This document shows positions 1 through 9,548 of a stretch of DNA of 64,000 nt, piece after piece. The translations under genes and the position numbers were made by a program. The first letter of the stretch is position 1, and each line of letters starts with the position of its first letter. Under the pieces are notes generated by a model. The model saw only the letters and a program-made list of their open reading frames with translations. It was not told the DNA's origin and did no database searches. Origin of the DNA: Chloroflexota bacterium (GTDB taxonomy: Bacteria > Chloroflexota > UBA11872); contig JAJEGF010000081.1 in the NCBI GenBank assembly GCA_022820025.1, positions 48,608 to 112,607 on the forward strand, written 5' to 3'.

Positions 1-7
1 TGAACGC

Positions 8-1558
8 GTGCGTGCCTCAGTAGCGAGTGGCCGCTTGGCGCCTCTTCGATCAGTGCTTCGTTCCCGCTGGCTACCCGGCCTCGGCATTGCTCTTGTCCTG
101 GCCGCGTTCTACTGGCCTAGTGCCGTCACTCGCGCAGGGGGCGGGGATTGGGGTCAATTCCAGACCTTCGGATACATGGGCGGAATCGCTCATCCACCTG
201 GCTATCCGCTCATCATCGGCAGCATCTATTTGGCAACGCGGATCTTCAGATTCGCCGAGCCGGCCCACGTGGCAAATGTCGTGGGTGCCACATACGCCGT
301 CGCATCCGGCGTTGCGCTGTTCTATGCCGGTTGGCTCATCACACGCTCGCGCCTCGCCGCCGTGGTAGCCACAGTGGTATTCGCCACGGGTTACAGCATC
401 TGGGCCGAAGCCTCGCAAGTCGGCTTCGTCAGTGTGCAGACGTTGCTGGTTTTTCTGATGGTCGCGACGCTGGCAGCGTACGAGGACAAGCCAACGGCAA
501 CGCGTCTCATCGCTGTCGCGTTCGCCACCGGCCTGTCGCTCACCAACCATGGCCTCAGCATCTTCATGCTCCCTGCAACCGTCGTGGTCGTGGCAAGCCG
601 CCGTTACCCAGGCACGGCACGCCCGCGCGTGCTGACGCAAGCCGCTGCGGCCTTGCTCCTTGGCCTCACGCCGTGGCTCCACGTTCTTCGTGGACTCGTG
701 GTGCCGGTCCCGATCGATCGCCCCGAGAACCTGACGCGGCTCAGCCTCAGTGACCTTCGACGCCAGGTTTTCGATAGGTCAATCGCAAAGGAGAGCCAGA
801 CCGGCGCGTCCGACCAACTGTTGGAGACCGGCCGGCAGAAGCTACTCGCCGAGTGGCCATCCTTTGCCCACGACACGCTTCGCGAATACGGCTGGGCCTG
901 GATCGCGCCCTCCCTCGTCGGCTGGTGTGTCCTGCTACGTCAGCGTCCGCGCCTGGCCGCCTGGCTTGCCTGGACCGGCGTTGCCACGTTGTGGTTTTCG
1001 CTGGTCACGCCCCCCCTCCTGGACAGCGATCGCTACTTTGCCGTCATCTATGCGCTACTTGCCGTCTGTTTGTCGGCGGGCATCGGATGGTTCATCAGCG
1101 CAGTCCCCCAGTTCGTTGGCGTCTACATCACCCAACGACGTCGGACCCTTTCAATAGTCGTAATGCTAGTGGTCCTGATCGCCGTCGGCCTCCGTATACA
1201 CCAACAGCTCACCGGACCGGCACGCATCAACGTCGTCCGGCTGCGCGAAAACGCGGAAGAACAGGCCGAAATCGGCCTGGGCATCGTGCGGCACATGGAA
1301 CCGGGCGGCGTCTACTTCACGAACTGGACGTCCTCCTGGTATCCGCGCTACGCCAGGCACGTCCTCGGCGTTGACCGCGATCTCAGCATTGAGACTGTGG
1401 ACTTCGGGAGCATGGGCTTCGAGCGCGCCGCCGATATCTTGGCGGGGGGCCGGCGCCTCTACCTCCAGCGTTCCACCCCGCAGTACGAAGAAGCATTCAG
1501 TCTCGTCAAGCGTTCCGGCGTCTTCTACGAAGTGTTCCCCAAAACCAAGCCGGCTTGA
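8..1558 (+). CDS. DUF2723 / TMEM260-like GT-C polytopic membrane protein (putative protein O-mannosyltransferase-like). Start is GTG at 8 and could extend upstream of the window.
   Basis: 516-aa ORF. Multiple TM segments. Conserved N-terminal block GGDWGQFQTFGYMGGIAHPPGYPL typical of DUF2723. Paralog of 1754..3280. Confidence 0.6.
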   Translation: MRASVASGRLAPLRSVLRSRWLPGLGIALVLAAFYWPSAVTRAGGGDWGQFQTFGYMGGIAHPPGYPLIIGSIYLATRIFRFAEPAHVANVVGATYAVASGVALFYAGWLITRSRLAAVVATVVFATGYSIWAEASQVGFVSVQTLLVFLMVATLAAYEDKPTATRLIAVAFATGLSLTNHGLSIFMLPATVVVVASRRYPGTARPRVLTQAAAALLLGLTPWLHVLRGLVVPVPIDRPENLTRLSLSDLRRQVFDRSIAKESQTGASDQLLETGRQKLLAEWPSFAHDTLREYGWAWIAPSLVGWCVLLRQRPRLAAWLAWTGVATLWFSLVTPPLLDSDRYFAVIYALLAVCLSAGIGWFISAVPQFVGVYITQRRRTLSIVVMLVVLIAVGLRIHQQLTGPARINVVRLRENAEEQAEIGLGIVRHMEPGGVYFTNWTSSWYPRYARHVLGVDRDLSIETVDFGSMGFERAADILAGGRRLYLQRSTPQYEEAFSLVKRSGVFYEVFPKTKPA

Positions 1559-1753
1559 CTGGTCACCTGCGATCAGCATTGGCTCGGTAGCCGATGGCGG
1601 TCTCGCCGCCCATCGGGATTCTTGGCAACATTGTCCGTGGAAGTCGAATCTCGCCCCGAGATGCCGGCGAAGGAAGTCGTTTGGGCAGATTGGCCTTAGG
1701 CCGCCTGGCTATCGATTCCCCCGTCGATCTCGCATTCCTGACTGCTTGATCTT

Positions 1754-3280
1754 GTGAAAACGACCCGATCCGCGCTTCAGCGTGCCCTCTGCTCCCGCTG
1801 GTTGCCGGGGGTGGTGGTTGGCATGACCCTGGGTCCGTTCTATTGGCTCAGTGCCGTAACCCGGGTCGGCGGCGGCGACTGGGGACAGTTTCAAACCTTC
1901 GGCTACATGGGCGGAGTCGCTCATGCACCCGGCTATCCGCTCATCATTGGCAGCATCAATCTGGCAACGCGCGTCATCCGCATCGGCGATCCGGCGCACC
2001 TCGCCAACATCGTGACGGCGTCATTCGCTACCGCGGCCGGCATTACGCTCTTCTATACCGCCTGGCTGATCACACGCTCACGCCTGGCCGCCTCCGTCGC
2101 CACCGTCGTTTTTGCGACCGGCTACAACATCTGGGCCCAGGCAACGCAGGCCGGCCACATCAGCGTGCAGACGCTGCTTCTGTTTCTTGTGGTCCTGACA
2201 CTTGCGGCCTACGACGAGCGCCCCAACCCGGCAAGGTTGGCCGCGGTTGCCTTTGCCACCGGGCTTTCGTTCACCAACCATGGCCTCAGCGCATTCATGC
2301 TTCCAGCGACGGCGCTCGTCATCGCCACCCGCCGCTTTGCCGGCATCACATCCCCGCGCACACTCTTAGCCGCCGCCGCGGCGGGACTTATAGGGCTGAC
2401 GCCCTGGCTGTACATTCTGCGTGGTCTGCTCGTGCCGGTTCCTGCCAATCGACCTGAGACCATCGAACGCCTCAGCCTCGGAGACGTTGGGCACCTTGTA
2501 TTCGGAAAGCCGCTCGAAGGCGTGGGCGAAAGCGGCGCCGTTGAGTCCCCGTTTGAGAATGGACGCTTGGCAATCCTGGCCGAATGGCCGGGCTTCGCGC
2601 ATGACGTGCTTCGAGAGTTCGGCTGGTTCTGGATCGCCCTCGTCATCATTGGCTGGCTCGTATTGGCGCGCCAGCGTCCGCGGCTGGCCGGCTGGACGGC
2701 CTGGACTGGACTTTCCACCCTGTGGTTCGCGCTGGCCACACCACCGTTTCTCGACAGCGATCGATACTTCTCAGTCGTGTTCGCGCTGATGGCAATCTGT
2801 CTCGCGGCGGGTATCGGCGCGGTGCTCCATCGAGCTCCAACGTTACGTGCGGCATGGGGGCCAACGCAGGCGCGGCACGTGGCAATTGCCGTTGGCCTGG
2901 TGTTTTTACTCGCCACTGGACTTCGCCTGCATCAGCAACTCACCGGGCCGCCCCGCATCAACGTGATGCGCCTACGGGAAAACGCCGCTGAGCAAGCCGA
3001 AATCGGCCTGCGAATCGTTACCAACATGGAGCCGGGAAGCGTGTACTTCACGAACTGGACATCCTCGTGGTATCCGCGCTACGCCCGACACGTCCTGGGC
3101 TTTGACCGAGACCTGCGCATCGAGACCGTGAACTTTTGGACAATGGGAATCGACCGAGCCGACACGGTCCTTGCCAGTGGCCGACGCCTCTACCTGCAGC
3201 GCTCAACGCCGGAGTACGAGCAAGCGTTCAATCTCGTCAAACGCGCCGGCGTCTTCTACGAAGTCTTCCCCAAGGCGTAG
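1754..3280 (+). CDS. DUF2723 / TMEM260-like GT-C membrane protein, tandem paralog
   Basis: 508 aa, GTG start. Same GGDWGQFQTFGYMGG..HAPGYPL block and colinear similarity to the ORF at 8..1558 over its full length. Confidence 0.6.
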   Translation: MKTTRSALQRALCSRWLPGVVVGMTLGPFYWLSAVTRVGGGDWGQFQTFGYMGGVAHAPGYPLIIGSINLATRVIRIGDPAHLANIVTASFATAAGITLFYTAWLITRSRLAASVATVVFATGYNIWAQATQAGHISVQTLLLFLVVLTLAAYDERPNPARLAAVAFATGLSFTNHGLSAFMLPATALVIATRRFAGITSPRTLLAAAAAGLIGLTPWLYILRGLLVPVPANRPETIERLSLGDVGHLVFGKPLEGVGESGAVESPFENGRLAILAEWPGFAHDVLREFGWFWIALVIIGWLVLARQRPRLAGWTAWTGLSTLWFALATPPFLDSDRYFSVVFALMAICLAAGIGAVLHRAPTLRAAWGPTQARHVAIAVGLVFLLATGLRLHQQLTGPPRINVMRLRENAAEQAEIGLRIVTNMEPGSVYFTNWTSSWYPRYARHVLGFDRDLRIETVNFWTMGIDRADTVLASGRRLYLQRSTPEYEQAFNLVKRAGVFYEVFPKA

Positions 3281-3375
3281 ATCTCGGGCCGCCGATCCGC
3301 GGCCTTCGTCGCGGCCTCACCAGATATCCTGCGCACGACAGCCGGCGGCGCCGGTCAGGGAAAAGGCACCACCGC

Positions 3376-4578
3376 ATGACTGACACGATCGACCGGATCA
3401 CGGTAGCGCCCATTCCCGCCCGCCATTGGACCGAACTGGGGCGCAACGCCTACACGCCGGAAGGCCTCGGCGAGACTCGCACCGAATGGCTCATCCGAGC
3501 CTGTACGACCTCCGGCGCGGAGGGCATCACCAACGCCCGACACACCGTGGCCGCCGAAGGCGGCAGCGTGACCCGCCTGGTCGCCGACCTGCGCGAGGTT
3601 TTTCTGGGCCGCCCGGTCAATTCCCTGCTTCGATTCTCCAACGGCCATGCGGTAGCCGCCGGCTCGGAAGTTCGCCAGGCGCTCTCGTCCTGGGGCTGGA
3701 TGGACATCCTGGCCGTGGACCTCGTATCCCGGAGTCGCGGTCAATCGATTGCCGCGTTGCTTGGCGAACGCCGCCGCGACCGCATTCCGGCCTACGAATC
3801 CACCACCTACTTTCAGGACCTCCTTCATCCCCAGCGCGGCCTGGCCGAGGTCATTGGGCACGCCCGCCGCGGATTCGCACACGGCTTCCGACAGTTCAAG
3901 ATCAAGGTCGGACGCGGCGGTCGAGCCATGACTCCGACGGCCGGACTCCGTCGCGACATCGACGTAGTCCTGGGCATTCGCGACGCGCTCGGCCCGGACG
4001 TCGACCTGATGGTCGACGCAAACTTCGGCTACGACCACCAGCCCGACAACCTTGCCGATTTCATCCGTGAAACAAGCCCGGCCCGCCTCACCTGGCTCGA
4101 AGAAATGATCACCGCCTCCGTCGAGGGCTACCGGACGCTTCGTGAGCTACAAGCCGCCCACTGCCCTGAAACTCTGCTGGTCGCTGGCGAAGTGGACGGC
4201 AATCCGCCCTCGGGCGCCTTCGTGGACCTCATCGAGCAGCAACTCATTGACGGCTATCAGCCCGACATCGTGCGTATTGGGCTCCTGCGCTGGACGCAGT
4301 TGGAAGGCCGATTGGCTGAAAAGTCAATCCTCCCGATCCCGCACAACTTCGGCAACGGCCGCTTCGGCCTGATCGCCGGGCTGGCCCTGGCGACAAGCCT
4401 CGACAGCTGGGTTTCCCTGGAGGACGAGCGCATTCGCCCGAATGTCTACGCCGACGACGAGCTAACGCTGGTCAACGGCGCCTATCGGGCTCCCGATGGC
4501 CCTGGTCTTGGAATCCGGGTCGATGACGACGCCTATGCACGCATCGGCGCTCCCAACGAGGTGGTCATCCGCACATGA
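3376..4578 (+). CDS. Enolase-superfamily enzyme (mandelate racemase/muconate lactonizing enzyme-like, possible sugar-acid dehydratase)
   Basis: ATG at 3376 follows the end of the upstream gene. The longer ORF-track start overlaps the previous CDS. KIKVGRGG...DVDLMVDANFGYD block is typical of the MR/MLE C-terminal barrel. Confidence 0.6.
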   Translation: MTDTIDRITVAPIPARHWTELGRNAYTPEGLGETRTEWLIRACTTSGAEGITNARHTVAAEGGSVTRLVADLREVFLGRPVNSLLRFSNGHAVAAGSEVRQALSSWGWMDILAVDLVSRSRGQSIAALLGERRRDRIPAYESTTYFQDLLHPQRGLAEVIGHARRGFAHGFRQFKIKVGRGGRAMTPTAGLRRDIDVVLGIRDALGPDVDLMVDANFGYDHQPDNLADFIRETSPARLTWLEEMITASVEGYRTLRELQAAHCPETLLVAGEVDGNPPSGAFVDLIEQQLIDGYQPDIVRIGLLRWTQLEGRLAEKSILPIPHNFGNGRFGLIAGLALATSLDSWVSLEDERIRPNVYADDELTLVNGAYRAPDGPGLGIRVDDDAYARIGAPNEVVIRT

Positions 4579-5612
4579 GAATCCTGCTGACTGGTGCAAC
4601 CGGACGCATCGGCGCCAACGTCGGCCGCCGCATGATCGATAACGGTCACAGCGTGCTTGGCTTCACGATGCCCAACGACCCGCAGGCTTCCAAGCTGGCC
4701 GCCATCGGGGCCCACGTCATCACAGGCCATCTTGAGTCCCTCGATGACGTCCGGCGCGCCATGGCCAACGTCGATGCCGTCTTTCACCTTGGCGCCGCAT
4801 TCCAGGCCGGGGGGCCCTTCTCCCCGGAGCAGTACATGCAAATCAACGTTCAGGGAACCTTCAATGTTTTCGAGGCCGCTCGCGAGCGCGCCGGCGCCAT
4901 TCGGCACCTGGTCTTTTCCAGCACGGACGCCACCCTCGACAAGTACCCGCCGCAAGGCAACCCCGAAGTCCTGAACGAGCAATCGCTAACGCAGACGCAG
5001 ACGGACTGGTATGGCTTCACCAAAATTCTTGGCGAGCGCCTGGCCGATCGCTACGTCCGCGCCGACGGCCTGCCCATTACCGTATTCCGCTTCCCCTGGG
5101 TCTGGGGCGCCGGCGAGTTCCTGGACTTCCCCCACTTCCGGCTGTCGTTCTTTCTCGAGTCCTTCCGCGGCCGCAACGATCCGACCGGGAAACAAACCCT
5201 CGCCGCCCTCAAGGCCCTCGATGCCGGCGACGATCCCCTCGTGATCGCGCTTGACGCTAACGGCCGAACCTGGAAAAAGCACACGCTCGACGTCCGCGAC
5301 ATCGTCCAGGCATTCGAGCGGGTCCTCGGCGTACAACAAGCGTTCGGTGGCGTCTACCAGCTTGGAGGGCCCGAACCCTTTACCTGGCGCGACGCCGTTC
5401 CGGTGGTTGCGGAGGCCCTGGACCGCCGCGTCGTCGAGGCGCGCATGGCGGGCATGCCGCCCACCTTTTATGAATTCGACCTCGGGGCGGCGCACCGGGA
5501 CTTTGGCTTCCAGCCCCGGCACCACTGGCGATCGACCCTGGCCGAAGCCGTTCGGTATCGAGAGTCCGGAAGCGACGCCATTATTCCAACGGCCGTTGAG
5601 GGAGATTCCTAG
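4575..5612 (+). CDS. NAD-dependent epimerase/dehydratase (extended SDR)
   Basis: N-terminal Rossmann motif MRILLTGATGRIGANV. ATGA overlap with the upstream gene. Confidence 0.7.
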   Translation: MRILLTGATGRIGANVGRRMIDNGHSVLGFTMPNDPQASKLAAIGAHVITGHLESLDDVRRAMANVDAVFHLGAAFQAGGPFSPEQYMQINVQGTFNVFEAARERAGAIRHLVFSSTDATLDKYPPQGNPEVLNEQSLTQTQTDWYGFTKILGERLADRYVRADGLPITVFRFPWVWGAGEFLDFPHFRLSFFLESFRGRNDPTGKQTLAALKALDAGDDPLVIALDANGRTWKKHTLDVRDIVQAFERVLGVQQAFGGVYQLGGPEPFTWRDAVPVVAEALDRRVVEARMAGMPPTFYEFDLGAAHRDFGFQPRHHWRSTLAEAVRYRESGSDAIIPTAVEGDS

Positions 5613-5619
5613 TCCGTCG

Positions 5620-6996
5620 TTAGGCAGCCACCAGAGCCGCCGCCTCGCGTCCCGCGATCCGCCCATACGCAATGCCCAGGCAGAGTCCGCCTGTGTATCC
5701 CCGCGTGTACAAGCCGCCCACGTCCGCCCCCGCCGCAAAGAGCCCGGGAATCGGCTGTCCCGCCAGGTCCAGGATCTGGGCGCGCTCGTTCGTGCGCGCG
5801 CCCCCGTACGTGAACGTGGCGCCAGGCAGACATCGGATCGCGCGGAATGGTGGGGAGTCCAAGGGCTGTAGCCCACCGCTCCTCGGCACGCTCAGCATCG
5901 ACAGATCGTTCGCCGCGGCTGCCGCGTTGTGTTCATGCAGGGTGTTGATCAGTGGCGCCTTGACCACGCCCCAGCGGCAGAACATCTGGTCCGCCAGCGA
6001 CTCAAGGTCCGGCGCCTCCAGTATTTCGCCGCCCGCATTTCGAATGTTCTCCATCCGGCGATCCACGGCGCCCGGACTCTCACCCATGCCAGTCGCCCGC
6101 AGCTTGCGAACGCGCTCGTCGAAGACTAGAAAGCACAAGGCCTCGGGCTGATGCACCACGGCATGGACCGTCACTTCGTCTCCCAGGAACTCATCGTCGA
6201 ATCGCTGACCGTGAAGATTCACGAACACCGAGAACTGGCTGAAGTCCGGCTTTACGCTCGCAAAATTGTGCACCCCCGTCTCCGCGGGCGGCGCCGGAAT
6301 CATGTGCCCGTAGAACCGACCGAAGGGTCCCGCCGTGCCCGCGCCCGCCTCCAGCGCCGCCAGGAATCCGTCGCCGGTGCTGTACGCGTTGCCGCGCACG
6401 ATCACGTGATGCGCCCAGCGGCCAAAGTACCGGGCGCGCAGGTCGGGGCTCGCCTGGAATCCCCCCGTCGCCAGCACCACCGCTCCGGCCGAAACCTCCA
6501 CCGTCCGCCCGCCGCCGCGCGCTTCCGCGCCGGACACACCGCCGTCTCGCCCGATGCGAAGCGACCGCAGCCCGGTACTCGTCAGAATCGTCCCGCCCGC
6601 GGCCTCCACACTCGCCGCCAGGTCATTCATGAACGTCCGCGAGTCAGGTCGGAACGCGTGTACGTACCGTGCGAACTTATACGGCGTCGGATCCAACTGT
6701 TCTTCGATCTGCAGACCCAACGACTCGTACCAGGCCACACCTTCCAGGTAGTTCTCAACCAGGGCCTGGCCCATGGCTGCATCGCCGCCGGGCTGCACGC
6801 TCAACCATGCGTCCACATTCGCCGCCGTCCAGGCCGCCCCACCGGAGACGGCCGCCGACCCGCCGATTTCAGGCGCCTTCTCGAGTACGAGCACCGATGC
6901 GCCTTGTTCCAACGCGGTCCGAGCTGCCGTTAATCCGCCGATGCCGGCGCCGGCCACCACCACGTCCGCTTGCAGGTGATCGAATGCTTCCTTCAT
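5620..6996 (-). CDS. FAD-dependent oxidoreductase (fumarate reductase / 3-ketosteroid dehydrogenase flavoprotein-like)
   Basis: N-terminal dinucleotide-binding motif VVVAGAGIGGLTAA...VLVLEK. 458 aa. Confidence 0.65.
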   Translation of the reverse strand: MKEAFDHLQADVVVAGAGIGGLTAARTALEQGASVLVLEKAPEIGGSAAVSGGAAWTAANVDAWLSVQPGGDAAMGQALVENYLEGVAWYESLGLQIEEQLDPTPYKFARYVHAFRPDSRTFMNDLAASVEAAGGTILTSTGLRSLRIGRDGGVSGAEARGGGRTVEVSAGAVVLATGGFQASPDLRARYFGRWAHHVIVRGNAYSTGDGFLAALEAGAGTAGPFGRFYGHMIPAPPAETGVHNFASVKPDFSQFSVFVNLHGQRFDDEFLGDEVTVHAVVHQPEALCFLVFDERVRKLRATGMGESPGAVDRRMENIRNAGGEILEAPDLESLADQMFCRWGVVKAPLINTLHEHNAAAAANDLSMLSVPRSGGLQPLDSPPFRAIRCLPGATFTYGGARTNERAQILDLAGQPIPGLFAAGADVGGLYTRGYTGGLCLGIAYGRIAGREAAALVAA

Positions 6997-7124
6997 TTGC
7001 CCAATCTCGCGAAGTCGCGCGCTGGCGCCAAGCCTACGGACGCTACGTCGCTGCCGTCACCTGGGCGACGGCCTTCGGCCGGGTATCGTGCTCCTGCGCC
7101 GAAAACCGCTTGCGGTGAATCGCA

Positions 7125-7505
7125 ATGACTGACTCAGCCGCCTCGCCGGCCGAACCGCGCATCGTCCACCTTGGCCAGGGCATCGCCGAGCGTTCCGACT
7201 GGGGAACCATCGAGTGGCTCGCCAACCGCCGCCTCACGCCCGGCTCCGAAATGACGTTCGGCCACGTGCGCCTCGAACCGGGTGCGTCCAACCCCCGCCA
7301 CCTCCACCCCAACTGTCATGAACTGCTATTCGTGGTCGAAGGCGCCATCGATCACGAACTCAGCGGCGTCACGGTCCGCCTCGAGGCAGGTGACCTTCTC
7401 CACATCCCGATCGGCGCGCCCCACCAGGCCCACAATAGCGACGACCGGCCCTGCGTGGTTGTCGTCACCTACTCAACGGAAGACCGTCAGACTCTGCCCG
7501 CCTGA
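7125..7505 (+). CDS. Cupin-domain protein
   Basis: 126 aa. His-containing cupin motifs (RHLHPNCHELLFVVEG ... HIPIGAPHQAHN). Confidence 0.55.
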   Translation: MTDSAASPAEPRIVHLGQGIAERSDWGTIEWLANRRLTPGSEMTFGHVRLEPGASNPRHLHPNCHELLFVVEGAIDHELSGVTVRLEAGDLLHIPIGAPHQAHNSDDRPCVVVVTYSTEDRQTLPA

Positions 7506-7532
7506 TTGCTCGACAAGTTTGGCGCCAGCCGT

Positions 7533-8519
7533 CTACGGCCAGATCCCGGTCTCCTGGTACCACGCCACCGAGTCAACCAGAGTCTCCTGCACCGGACGAA
7601 CGCGAAACCCAAGCTCGGCTACGGCCCGCGCGTTCGAGAAGTACAGGTATCGGGACCCAACGGCCACCTCGTCCGGCGTCGCCGGCGGCTTCCATCCCAG
7701 CCACAGCCCCGGAGGTTCCAGCAAGGCGGCCAGAACACGCAAGCCGCCCGACGGCAATCCAACCCGCGGCGCGCGCGACTCCAGAACCGCCGCCCCCAGA
7801 TCGGAAAGCTGGGCGTACGTAAGGTTATGCCCCGTCAACAGGTATCGACGCCCGCGCACGCCTCGCTTGGCCAGCCTCACCAGTCCCTCGGCCACGTCTC
7901 GCACATCGACGACGTTTACGCCGCCGGCCGGCGCACACCTGACCCGCCCCCTGATCAGCGGCCCCAGCATTTGCTCGGCGTGCCGACCGTGATCCCACGG
8001 ACCCAGCACCGTCCCCGGGCTGGCGATCGTCACCGGCAGTCCGCGATTCGCGGCCTCCAGGGCCAGCCGCTCGCCGGCCCGCTTGTGCTCGGCATACATC
8101 AAGCGCGCGGACGCCGGCTGCACGTCCGCGTCTTCATCCATCACGTCGTCCGGCCTGTCCGCCAGGCCAACCGCGGCGAGCGAACTCACGTGCACCACGC
8201 GGACCGTACCGGTACTTGCCGCCCAATCCACCAGGTGACGCACCCCATCCACGTTGACCGCACGCTGCGTCGCTTCGTCCCCGCGCCAGAACGACTGATC
8301 GGCCGCCAGGTGAAAAATCCAGTCAAAGCGTGCATCGGGAAACGTGGCGGCATCGGTCACATTGCCTGTGATCCGCGACACCGGCACGCCGTCGAAGGCG
8401 GCATCCGCCCACGGATCGCACGGCAACACCAGCGCTGTCACCGCATGTCCGTCCTCCGTCAGGCGCCGGATCAGTCCCGAACCGATCTGCCCCGACGCGC
8501 CCGTCACGAAGCAGCGCAC
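7533..8519 (-). CDS. NAD-dependent epimerase/dehydratase (SDR)
   Basis: N-terminus RCFVTGASGQIGSGLIRRL. GTG start. Confidence 0.65.
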   Translation of the reverse strand: MRCFVTGASGQIGSGLIRRLTEDGHAVTALVLPCDPWADAAFDGVPVSRITGNVTDAATFPDARFDWIFHLAADQSFWRGDEATQRAVNVDGVRHLVDWAASTGTVRVVHVSSLAAVGLADRPDDVMDEDADVQPASARLMYAEHKRAGERLALEAANRGLPVTIASPGTVLGPWDHGRHAEQMLGPLIRGRVRCAPAGGVNVVDVRDVAEGLVRLAKRGVRGRRYLLTGHNLTYAQLSDLGAAVLESRAPRVGLPSGGLRVLAALLEPPGLWLGWKPPATPDEVAVGSRYLYFSNARAVAELGFRVRPVQETLVDSVAWYQETGIWP

Positions 8520-8523
8520 CTGG

Positions 8524-8898
8524 CTAGTCGCTCGCCGGCGTGTCCTTCACGCTGAAAGAAAGTTCTCCCAGCCCTTGCACTTCAAAGCCTATCGTCACCT
8601 CAACCACGCCCTCCGGCAGGCTGACGCCCGTGCCCCCGAGCACCGATGTTCGGTTCAACGCCAGGCTGAACGGTGACTCCGGCGTGACGTCCGTAAAGGC
8701 ATGGCGCTCGCCGTCGACCTCGAAGAAGCACGAGTCCAGCGTGAGCACGCCACCATTGACCGCAAGCGGCAGTAGCCGCCGCGCGTAACCCGATCCAAGC
8801 GTGTTCTTCAGTTCCAGCTGAAATCCGTCATCGGTCCGCCGCAGGCTGCCCCGTACGTACAGCCGTCGCAGCAGAAACCCGGGAACCTGCAGTGGCAT
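8524..8898 (-). CDS. Hypothetical protein, translationally coupled to the upstream aldolase
   Basis: ATG at 8898-8896 overlaps the aldolase stop (ATGA). 124 aa. No recognisable motif. Confidence 0.4.
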   Translation of the reverse strand: MPLQVPGFLLRRLYVRGSLRRTDDGFQLELKNTLGSGYARRLLPLAVNGGVLTLDSCFFEVDGERHAFTDVTPESPFSLALNRTSVLGGTGVSLPEGVVEVTIGFEVQGLGELSFSVKDTPASD

Positions 8899-9548
8899 CA
8901 CACGCCCCCTTCACTCTGCATCATCCTATAGAGTTCGATTTCTGCGTCCACGAGGTCGCGTGGCAGGCGCTGCGCACCCGGACGACTCGAAGCCAGCAGC
9001 CAAATGTGTGCCAGCCGCTCAGTCAGTCGGGTCATTTCCAGCGCATCCACCGGGTCGCGTCCTACCGTTAAGGTGCCATGGTTTGCCAGGAGCACGGCCC
9101 GCCGTTCGCCTAGCGCGGCTACCGCGCGTTCAGCCAGGTCCTTCGACGCGGCCGGTGCGTAGCTACTTACCGCAACTTCACCCCCGAGGTAGACCACCTG
9201 TTCGTCAACGAACGCCGGAATCGACTCCCGCCGCACCGCCATCGCGCTCGCATGCACCGGATGTGCGTGCACCACCGCCTGGACATCCGGTCGGGCAGCG
9301 TAGATTGCCCCGTGCATGAGCGATTCTGACGATGGCAGGCCTTCGCCCTCGATCGGATCGCCCGCAAACGTCACGGTCACGACGTGCTCCGCCTGCAGAT
9401 CCGCATAGGGCACGCGAGTCGGCGTGATGTGCATCGTGCTCTCACCCTCGGCACGCGCGCTCACGTTTCCCGCGGACCCCACCACGAGTCCATCGCGATG
9501 CATCGTCCGCGCAACCTCGGCCACGGCCGCCTTGAGACCGAGCGCCAT
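8898..9548 (-). CDS. Class II aldolase/adducin-family protein (FucA/AraD-like)
   Basis: 216 aa. GSAGNVSAR ... HAHPVHA metal-binding His motifs typical of class II aldolases. Confidence 0.7.
   Translation of the reverse strand: MALGLKAAVAEVARTMHRDGLVVGSAGNVSARAEGESTMHITPTRVPYADLQAEHVVTVTFAGDPIEGEGLPSSESLMHGAIYAARPDVQAVVHAHPVHASAMAVRRESIPAFVDEQVVYLGGEVAVSSYAPAASKDLAERAVAALGERRAVLLANHGTLTVGRDPVDALEMTRLTERLAHIWLLASSRPGAQRLPRDLVDAEIELYRMMQSEGGV

Noticed and set aside
3136-3375. Upstream extension of the enolase-superfamily ORF
   Set aside because: Overlaps the end of the DUF2723 paralog. ATG at 3376 gives a typical N-terminus.
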